Shown here: piece by piece, positions 57,306 through 64,000 of the stretch
Numbering within the stretch: the stretch's first letter is position 1
Layout: every line of letters begins with the position of its first letter
Assembly (NCBI GenBank): GCA_041659465.1
Contig: JBAZYD010000001.1
Coordinates: 4,281-68,280, forward strand
Direction of reading: 5' to 3'
DNA from: Candidatus Micrarchaeia archaeon
GTDB lineage: Archaea > Micrarchaeota > Micrarchaeia > Anstonellales > Anstonellaceae
DNA length: 64,000 bases
Made by a program: the position numbers and the translations under genes
Notes under the pieces: model-generated
The model's input: only the letters and a program-made list of their open reading frames with translations
The model's database searches: none
Told to the model about the DNA's origin: nothing

Positions 57306-58163
57306 ATGGTGCTTGTAATGGCCGCAAAAATCATCGACGGGAAAAAGATGGCGGACGCGCTGCTTGCCAGAGCGGCGGAGAAAGTCGCCGCGCTTAACTT
57401 CAGGCCCTGCGTTGCCATTGTGCTGGTGGGCGACGACTTAGCATCGCAGACGTACACGAAGAAGAAGCATGATGCATGCGCGCGCGTGGGGATGGACTCG
57501 AAGAACGTGAGGCTTCCAGCAAGCGCAACGCAGAAGGAGATAATCGCGCAGGTGCAGCACCTCAATGAGAGCCCTGAAGTGGATGCCATACTTGTGCAGC
57601 TCCCTCTTCCGGACGGCATTGATGAGGATGCAGTGCTTGCCGCAGTGGCGCGCGAAAAGGATGTGGACGGGTTCCACCCTGAGAATTTCGGGAGGCTTGC
57701 GCTGGGAATTGGGAATATTGCGCCCTGCACGCCCAAGGGAGTCACCTACATGCTCAAGGAAAGCGGCGTGCCACTGCCGGGAAAGCACGCAGTGGTGATT
57801 GGCAGGAGCAGGATTGTGGGAAAGCCGCTTGCGCTCCTGCTGCTTAACGGGGGATGCACCGTTACAGTGTGCCACAGCAAGACGAGGGACATGGCTGCAA
57901 TTGTAAAGACGGCTGACATCATTTGCTCAGCTGTGGGAAAGCCGCGCCTTGTCACGGCAGACATGGTAAAGCCGGGCGCGGTTGTGATTGACATCGGCAC
58001 CAGCAAGGAGAACGAAAAGCTCATCGGAGATGTGGACTTTGAGGCGGTTGCCAAGAAGGCATCGCTCATCACGCCCGTGCCGGGCGGCGTGGGGCCCATG
58101 ACGATTGCCATGCTCATCGAGAACACGCTTGTTTGCTACGAGGAAAGAAGGAAGAGGAAGTGA
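57306..58163 (+). CDS. folD: Bifunctional methylene-THF dehydrogenase / methenyl-THF cyclohydrolase
   Basis: DVDGFHPEN motif and the GRSRIVGKP NAD(P)-binding region. Confidence 0.9.
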   Translation: MVLVMAAKIIDGKKMADALLARAAEKVAALNFRPCVAIVLVGDDLASQTYTKKKHDACARVGMDSKNVRLPASATQKEIIAQVQHLNESPEVDAILVQLPLPDGIDEDAVLAAVAREKDVDGFHPENFGRLALGIGNIAPCTPKGVTYMLKESGVPLPGKHAVVIGRSRIVGKPLALLLLNGGCTVTVCHSKTRDMAAIVKTADIICSAVGKPRLVTADMVKPGAVVIDIGTSKENEKLIGDVDFEAVAKKASLITPVPGGVGPMTIAMLIENTLVCYEERRKRK

Positions 58164-58167
58164 GCGC

Positions 58168-59364
58168 GTGGCGATTGCCTACCCGCGCGCCCTGAAGGAA
58201 ATCTACTCACTGGGCAAGTTCGGAAGCAAGCCTGGGCTTGTCAGGATTCGCGCCATCCTGAAGGAACTGGGCAACCCGCAGCGGAAATACAAATGCATAC
58301 TCGTGGGAGGGAGCAACGGCAAGGGCTCCACCACAGAAATGATTGGCGCAATATTGCAGGAGGATGGCGCGCGCGTGGGCACTTATTTTTCGCCGCAGAT
58401 AGAAAGGTTTGAGGAAAGGTTCAGAGTCAATGGGAAAAATGCAAGCAGGCAAGAGATTGCGGGCGCTTATGCCCGTGTTAGGGCGGCTGCGGACAATGTT
58501 GCGCCAGAGGCGACATTTTTCGAAGTGGTGACTGCGATGGCGCTTGCCATTTTTGCTGAGAGGAAAGCCGGCTATGCCGTGCTTGAGGTCGGCTTGGGAG
58601 GGAGGCTTGATGCTGTCAATGCCGTGGAGCCGGAAGTTTCAGTGCTCACGTCGCTGTCATTGGAGCACACCGATGTGCTGGGCGGCACGATTGGGAAAAT
58701 CGCGCATGAGAAGTGCGGCATTGCAAGGAAAGGGAAGATACTGGTTTGCGGAAAGCTGGGCAGGGAGGCAAAGCGAGCAGTGGGAGAGGAATGCCTGAGG
58801 ATAGGCGCGAAAGAGGAGTTTGCCTCCCCATACAGGGGCAGGGTGGCTGCGGAAGGCGAATTCCAGAAGTCGAATGCAGCCGTTGCGGCTGCAGCCTGCG
58901 AAGCGCTTGGCGTTGGGAAAAGGGCGATTGCACGCGGGCTCCTGCAATGCAGGCCGAGATTCCGCCTGGAAAGGAGGGGGAACGTGCTCCTGGACTGCGC
59001 GCACAACCCCGAGGCGGCATCGGCGCTTGCAGACGAGGTCGCGCGCATAGGGGTGCGAGGGAAGAGGGTGCTTTTGTTTTCCGCGATGAGGGACAAGGAT
59101 TATGCGTCCGTGCTGCGCACATTGGCCCCGCTGTTTGATGAAGTCGTGATTGCCGAGGTGAAGCTGGAAAGGGGGGAGAGGGCGGAAAAGCTTGCGGCGG
59201 CGGCAAAGGAAGCTGGCGCGCAGGCGGAAATTGTGCGCGATTCGCAAAAGGCGCTGCTGCTTGCAAAGGGGCGGGCTGGAAAGGGCGGGTTGGCAGTGGT
59301 GGCAGGCTCGATATACCTGCTTGCCGAGCTGTACGGTAGGGATAAAATACGATTGGCACAATAG
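58168..59364 (+). CDS. folC: Folylpolyglutamate synthase / dihydrofolate synthase (Mur-ligase family)
   Basis: P-loop VGGSNGKGST and Mur-ligase central and C-terminal domains. Probable GTG start at 58168; the ATG at 58105 would overlap folD. Confidence 0.8.
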   Translation: MAIAYPRALKEIYSLGKFGSKPGLVRIRAILKELGNPQRKYKCILVGGSNGKGSTTEMIGAILQEDGARVGTYFSPQIERFEERFRVNGKNASRQEIAGAYARVRAAADNVAPEATFFEVVTAMALAIFAERKAGYAVLEVGLGGRLDAVNAVEPEVSVLTSLSLEHTDVLGGTIGKIAHEKCGIARKGKILVCGKLGREAKRAVGEECLRIGAKEEFASPYRGRVAAEGEFQKSNAAVAAAACEALGVGKRAIARGLLQCRPRFRLERRGNVLLDCAHNPEAASALADEVARIGVRGKRVLLFSAMRDKDYASVLRTLAPLFDEVVIAEVKLERGERAEKLAAAAKEAGAQAEIVRDSQKALLLAKGRAGKGGLAVVAGSIYLLAELYGRDKIRLAQ

Positions 59365-59551
59365 GTGGACGTCAACAACCCAAGCCTAAAGGCCTGGGCT
59401 TGCTGATAGATTATGAAAAATGTGTGATGACGATGAAGCTGCCTTTACCCACGCCGGACATGCGTCCCAATTTTTGCCCTCGGGCAAAAATGGGCCCATT
59501 CGAGTCAAAGGCTCGAATAGGGGGGCTTCGGGCTTGGGTTGTTGTGGGAAC

Positions 59552-60709
59552 ATGAAGGATGCAATGAGGAAGGAAATGCTTGCAAAGCGCGAGTTCCACC
59601 ACTCGTCGGGCGGGCACGTGAACTGCATCGAGATAATGGACAGGTTCCTGCGGCTTCCCTGCTTCAATTCGGCAAAATGCGTGCTGCTTTATGCCTCAAA
59701 AGGGGGAGAGGTGCACACTGACGGGATAATCCAGTCGGCGCTTTCGCTTGGCAAGAAGGTGGCGCTGCCCGTGACCGTCCAGGAGGGGCATGCACTGGAG
59801 CTTTACGAGATAAAAAGCATAAGCGAGCTGTCCGAGGGGGCGTTTGGCATACTTGAGCCTGCAAGGAACCCTGAGAGGCGCGTGCAGCCCGAGGAGGTGG
59901 AGCTTGTCGTGGTGCCTGGCGTCACGTTCGACAGGCGCGGGCACAGGCTGGGTTATGGCAGGGGCTATTACGATTCACTGCTGAAGAGAATAAAGGGATG
60001 CAAGGTGGGGCTTGCATACGACATGCAGATTGTGGGGCATGTGCCTGATGAGCCGCATGACGTTGCGGTGGACATGGTGGTTACGCAAAGTGAAACCATA
60101 AGGTGCGGAAATGCAGGGGCGGGCGCAGGATGCAGGAAATTCCGCGTGGCAGTGCTTGCCTCGGGCAGGGGAAGCGACTTTATGTCCATAGTGGATGCTG
60201 TGAAAGGCGGGAAGCTGGACGTTTTCATAGCTGGCCTGGTAACCGACAACCCTGATGCGCCTGCCATGAAGGGGGCTGAGAAGAACGGCATACCCGCGTT
60301 CTTCATCCCGCATGCCTCGAGGGAGGAGCTGGATGCGGGCGTGATGAAAAAACTGTCCGAGCTTGAGCCTGACCTCGTGGTGCTTGCAGGCTACATGAAA
60401 ATCATCAGGAACCCCGAGCTTCTTTCGCGCTACAAGGGGAGGATGATAAACATCCACCCCTCGCTCCTTCCAAAATACCCTGGCGCGCACGCGCAGAAGG
60501 ACGCCTTTGACGCGCATGAGAAAGTGTCGGGCTACACCATACACCTTGTGGACGAGTCGCTTGACGGCGGGAAGATACTGCACCAGGAGAAGGTGGACAT
60601 TTCAGGATGCATTAGCGCGGACGAGGCTGCCGCGAAGATACTGGAGAGGGAGCATGTCGGGCTGCCAGAGGTTGTCGGGAAGATTGCACGCGGCGAAATC
60701 AGGCAGTAA
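59552..60709 (+). CDS. purN: Fusion protein: 5-formyltetrahydrofolate cyclo-ligase (MTHFS) at the N-terminus and phosphoribosylglycinamide formyltransferase (PurN) at the C-terminus
   Basis: The N-terminal half has FDRRGHRLGYGRGYYD (the MTHFS signature). The C-terminal half has VLASGRGSD...NIHPSLLPKYPG...GYTIHLVDESLDGGKI, which are PurN motifs. Confidence 0.8.
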   Translation: MKDAMRKEMLAKREFHHSSGGHVNCIEIMDRFLRLPCFNSAKCVLLYASKGGEVHTDGIIQSALSLGKKVALPVTVQEGHALELYEIKSISELSEGAFGILEPARNPERRVQPEEVELVVVPGVTFDRRGHRLGYGRGYYDSLLKRIKGCKVGLAYDMQIVGHVPDEPHDVAVDMVVTQSETIRCGNAGAGAGCRKFRVAVLASGRGSDFMSIVDAVKGGKLDVFIAGLVTDNPDAPAMKGAEKNGIPAFFIPHASREELDAGVMKKLSELEPDLVVLAGYMKIIRNPELLSRYKGRMINIHPSLLPKYPGAHAQKDAFDAHEKVSGYTIHLVDESLDGGKILHQEKVDISGCISADEAAAKILEREHVGLPEVVGKIARGEIRQ

Positions 60710-60777
60710 TTGCGAAAACCGCAAGCCCCGCGCCCTGCTTTATAATTTTTTACCATGGAACAAGGGATAGACGTGGT

Positions 60778-61401
60778 ATGATGCTGGAAAAGCTGCTGGG
60801 ATGGCTCAAGGGAATATTCAGGAAGAAAAAGGCGGTGAGCCTTGGCATCTACGGCAGCCCGAACGTCGGGAAGACCACGCTTGCAAACAGGATATGCGTG
60901 GATTTGGCCGACGAGCCCATGGGCGCGGTAAGCCCGGTGCCGCACGAGACAAGGCGCGTGCAGAAAAAGGACAACATGACATTGAAGCTCAAGGGCTTCA
61001 CGCTCTCCATGAATCTTCTTGACATGCCCGGCATTGCAGTGAAGGTGGACTACCGCGACTTCCTGGGGTATGGCATTCCCAAGGACGAGGCGCAGAAGAG
61101 GGCGCGCGAGGCGACATTAGGCGTGGTCGAGGCTGTGAGGAGCCTGGACAAGATAGACGCCGCGCTTTTCGTCATCGACGCCACCGAAGACCCGTACACA
61201 CAGGTCAACATTACAATAATAGGGAATATAGAGGCGCGGGACATCCCCATCGTGGTGGTGGCTAACAAGATAGACCTGCCCAATGCCAACACGCAAAGGA
61301 TAAGGGAGGCGTTCCCGGGCTACGAGTTCGTGGAGGTCTCGGCAATGACAGGCGAGAACCTCACCAAGCTTTATTCCACCATCGCAAACAAGCTTTCCTA
61401 G
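60778..61401 (+). CDS. Small GTP-binding protein (Era/EngB-like P-loop GTPase)
   Basis: G1 GSPNVGKTT, G3 DMPG, G4 NKID. Confidence 0.7.
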   Translation: MMLEKLLGWLKGIFRKKKAVSLGIYGSPNVGKTTLANRICVDLADEPMGAVSPVPHETRRVQKKDNMTLKLKGFTLSMNLLDMPGIAVKVDYRDFLGYGIPKDEAQKRAREATLGVVEAVRSLDKIDAALFVIDATEDPYTQVNITIIGNIEARDIPIVVVANKIDLPNANTQRIREAFPGYEFVEVSAMTGENLTKLYSTIANKLS

Positions 61402-61416
61402 GCAGGGCGGATTTAC

Positions 61417-61995
61417 ATGCACAAATGCTCAAAATGCGGACGGGCTGCCTCCAGCCTCGAGGAAATAGACGCGGGCTGCCCGTGCGGCTCCAAGGTGTTC
61501 ATCTTTGACAGGCAGATTGCGCAGGCTGTTGTTGAAGGGAATGCCGCTGCACCGGCCGCATTTGAAGGGAACGGCGGCTTTGCAGGCGAAGCAGGGGCGG
61601 CAGGCGCAGCGCCCGGGAACGGCAATGGGAGCGCGGTGGCAACAGGCGCATCAGGCAATGGCGGCAGCGCAAATCCAGCAGCCGTTATGGGCGCGCCATC
61701 GACTTTTGCGGTGCCTGAAACCGCAAAGGGCAAGGCGCAGGAAGCGCCCGATGGGCAGGAAGGAAAGGTGCCGGAATCCTATTTCGCGCGCACATCGTTC
61801 ACCAACGACGATATTGAAAACATAAAAGTCCTCACGCAGGGCGTGTTCATCCTTGACGTGAATGCGATTTCAAAAAACCCCGTAGTCCTGAAGGACGAGG
61901 ACGAGATATACTACGTGAAGCTGCCCCTTGTGCAGAAAAAGGCGCAGGCGGCAGCGCCCGAGCAGAAAAGCGAAGGGAACGGGAAGAAGCAGTAG
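61417..61995 (+). CDS. Zinc-ribbon protein with a Gly/Ala-rich linker and a C-terminal domain, hypothetical
   Basis: N-terminus CSKCGR...CPCGS. Low-complexity GA-rich middle. Confidence 0.5.
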   Translation: MHKCSKCGRAASSLEEIDAGCPCGSKVFIFDRQIAQAVVEGNAAAPAAFEGNGGFAGEAGAAGAAPGNGNGSAVATGASGNGGSANPAAVMGAPSTFAVPETAKGKAQEAPDGQEGKVPESYFARTSFTNDDIENIKVLTQGVFILDVNAISKNPVVLKDEDEIYYVKLPLVQKKAQAAAPEQKSEGNGKKQ

Positions 61996-61997
61996 CA

Positions 61998-62405
61998 TTA
62001 AACGTCGAGAAGTATCCTGATTGTCCAGCCTTCCTTGTCTTTTTTCACCATAAGCTCATGGTAGGTGACAGCTTTTACCGTGTCGCGCGGCTGCTTCTTT
62101 TCCCCGAATGCCTCGATTTTTACAGAATGGCGGGCGGCATCGTATTCCGTCACTTTCGCACGGGAGAAAATCAGCTCGCCTGTGTCCATGTAGGCAAGCA
62201 TATCTGCAAGCGCCTGCACGGTGAGCTCCTCGATGTTGTGCGCGGCTACTGAAAATGTCGCGCGCTCGCTTTCCCCTGCCGAGCCGAAAACGGAAAACAT
62301 GGCGTGCGCGGAATTCTCAAGCGCCTCCTCGTATGACTTGCCGTATGCCTCGAACATTATGTCGGCGGTGTGCTCCAGGAAACGGTACTTTTCTTTCTGC
62401 ATCAT
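61998..62405 (-). CDS. Archease
   Basis: The EHTADI motif near the N-terminus. ~135 aa. Confidence 0.82.
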   Translation of the reverse strand: MMQKEKYRFLEHTADIMFEAYGKSYEEALENSAHAMFSVFGSAGESERATFSVAAHNIEELTVQALADMLAYMDTGELIFSRAKVTEYDAARHSVKIEAFGEKKQPRDTVKAVTYHELMVKKDKEGWTIRILLDV

Positions 62406-62497
62406 ATCACAAACAGGAATGGAAGAAAAGGACAAATTTCAAGAGAAATTTGCCCGCATTCGGAAATTCGATAGAATTCACGAATACAATAAAAAAA

Positions 62498-63031
62498 TCA
62501 AAACGCCTTTTCACGGTTGATGGTGATTTTTGACACATCTATCAACCGCACGATGTTCAATGTCCCATTTTCTTCCTTTATATAAATCACTTTGGGAGAT
62601 ATGTCCTTGCGCTCCTTGTTGCTGTCAAATGCGGCTATGAGCGGCTTGTTCATGCTATCATCAGCAGGGATGAGAAGGCCTGTCACGCTGCTGCCGTCCT
62701 TGGTTTTTACCGTGGCATTGGTGACGCCGGGGGTTATTTTGTTCATGTCGATTATTTTTCCGAAGCCTACAACGGAAACATCCCACCCTGTAAAGCCAAC
62801 TGACGTCTGCGCATATATGTCCTTTCTGGGGGTGATTTCGTTCACCTGGCCCATGGTATAGTAGTTCCCCCTTTCGCCAAATAGCGGTTTTGCATTAATC
62901 TGGACGAGCACCAAGTCGTTTTTGGAAATGCCCTCCCTTTTCACCGCATTCCCTACGTTGTCTTCCACGGCAACCTTGACTTTTGTCACTTGGCAAACAA
63001 AGACCATTCCATCACCATTTGGCTTATGCAT
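62498..63031 (-). CDS. Hypothetical protein (lower-GC gene)
   Basis: 177-aa ORF with no motif. Confidence 0.45.
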   Translation of the reverse strand: MHKPNGDGMVFVCQVTKVKVAVEDNVGNAVKREGISKNDLVLVQINAKPLFGERGNYYTMGQVNEITPRKDIYAQTSVGFTGWDVSVVGFGKIIDMNKITPGVTNATVKTKDGSSVTGLLIPADDSMNKPLIAAFDSNKERKDISPKVIYIKEENGTLNIVRLIDVSKITINREKAF

Positions 63032-63113
63032 CTAAAAAATTATAAACGGCATAGCATTTGCATTGCTATAAAATGAGGGAAAAAACCGGGGAAATGAAAG
63101 GAAAAATGAAAAA

Positions 63114-63371
63114 TCAGGAAATATCGACTTCGGTGCCTATCGCCTGGCCGGGCAGGCCCTTGTCGAAGCGCGCGAGCACCGCGCCGGAGTTGCCGTGCGC
63201 CTTGGATATCTTGCCCACGATTTCCTTGCCGGTCGCGGTTTTCCAGCACACGCGCTTGCCGATGACGCCGTTTGCAGACGCCCTGTCGGCAACGCCGTCT
63301 ATTTTCACGACAAACTGGTTGGTGTATGCAGTGTGGACGCCGCGCCTGTTGCCTGAGAGAATGCCTTTCAT
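63114..63371 (-). CDS. rpl35ae: 50S ribosomal protein L35Ae (eL33)
   Basis: The ~85-aa product MKGILSGNRRGVHTAYTNQFVVKIDGV...GKRVCW...HGNSGAVLARF is typical of L35Ae. Confidence 0.85.
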   Translation of the reverse strand: MKGILSGNRRGVHTAYTNQFVVKIDGVADRASANGVIGKRVCWKTATGKEIVGKISKAHGNSGAVLARFDKGLPGQAIGTEVDIS

Positions 63372-63430
63372 TGTAAAAACCTCCTGATAATGCCCCCGAC
63401 GGAGCATGTCATCTATTGGGGCAAGCCTAT

Positions 63431-64000
63431 TTAAACTCTGCGCCGCGCGCAGGCAAAGGCGAAAAGCAGGAGCGGGACGGCGATGAGCGAGGGGAGGCAG
63501 GGAATGGCGGGCGGCTGCCCCACAGGCGGAGGCGGGGAGGTGGAATTCCCGGCCGAGGATGCCTTGGCTGAGATTTCCGCATCAAGCGCGTTGCCCATTT
63601 CAGAAAGCGCATCGCTTGCCGAGGATATCCTGGAAAGCGTGAGCGGGGCGCTGTAGTTTGCCTTGAGCGAGGCGAGCTGCGAAAGGTAGCTGCCTGCGGA
63701 CGGCTTGCCAATCAGCCAGGCGCTGCTTTGCACCTTGGATGAAAAGCCGTCCATGGCAAGGAGGAGCGAGGAGTAGCGCTTGGCGTCCGAGGCGATTGCC
63801 GATGCTGCGCCGCTGGAAACTTCGTCGAACTGCGCGCGGAGAGCGAGCGCTGGCCTGTATTTGCCCTGGCTTGACAGGTTTTGCGAAAGCGCCGAGATGT
63901 TCTCAAGCGCCGAAATCATGGGCGCGATGGAAGGGTCTTTCACGTTTTTTGCAAGCGCGGTGCTGTTCGCCTTGAGGTTGCGGATGCTGTTTTGCATCCT
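63431..64000 (-). CDS. Secreted Ser/Ala-rich surface protein, N-terminus beyond the window. The C-terminus is P-rich followed by CLPS + TM helix + RRRV
   Basis: The ORF is open to the window edge. C-terminus ...PPPPVGQPPAIPCLPSLIAVPLLLFAFACARRRV. Confidence 0.55.
   Translation of the reverse strand, partial: RMQNSIRNLKANSTALAKNVKDPSIAPMISALENISALSQNLSSQGKYRPALALRAQFDEVSSGAASAIASDAKRYSSLLLAMDGFSSKVQSSAWLIGKPSAGSYLSQLASLKANYSAPLTLSRISSASDALSEMGNALDAEISAKASSAGNSTSPPPPVGQPPAIPCLPSLIAVPLLLFAFACARRRV

Noticed and set aside
1-64000. CRISPR arrays, rRNA genes, transposases/integrases
   Set aside because: No short regularly spaced repeats with unique spacers, no rRNA-like conserved stretches, and no recognisable DDE or tyrosine-recombinase motifs in any frame. 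The only repeats are protein-internal or the two-copy elements described above.

Overview
This is a 64-kb, roughly 60% GC chromosomal segment that looks archaeal. The evidence is a split transketolase (tktN/tktC) next to transaldolase, an archaeal class-I CCA-adding enzyme, Pth2, archease, ribosomal protein L35Ae, a TRAM-domain protein, a complete LysW-type amino-group-carrier cluster (lysW/X/Y/Z/J/K plus argF and an Lrp regulator), and an intron-containing tRNA-Gly. Core metabolism present: non-oxidative pentose-phosphate genes, glmS, a folate one-carbon block (purB, glyA, folD, folC and a fused MTHFS-PurN), an IMPase-family gene and a CPA-type antiporter. About a third of the window encodes cell-surface functions: a 3222-aa N-glycosylation-sequon-rich parallel-beta-helix giant protein with five tandem ~276-aa repeats, followed directly by a MoxR-DUF58-VWA triad; two cysteine-rich secreted repeat proteins; two membrane-anchored thioredoxin-fold oxidoreductases; an NHL-propeller surface protein; and a LamG-like secreted protein. 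Four regions are not explained by housekeeping annotation. (1) A ~1.9-kb segment beside tRNA-Asp holds a low-GC orphan ORF bracketed by two diverged copies of a structured hairpin element with compensatory base changes, plus a duplicated tRNA-Asp 3' end. (2) A ~4-kb low-GC island (38.1-42.1 kb) of six orphan genes, mostly membrane proteins, sits between an M20 peptidase gene and the lys cluster. (3) A ~190-bp polypyrimidine tract lies between convergent genes. (4) A 2 x 91-bp intergenic tandem repeat lies upstream of an orphan gene. No CRISPR array, rRNA, transposase or integrase was recognised. Coordinates derived by hand may be off by 1-3 nt.
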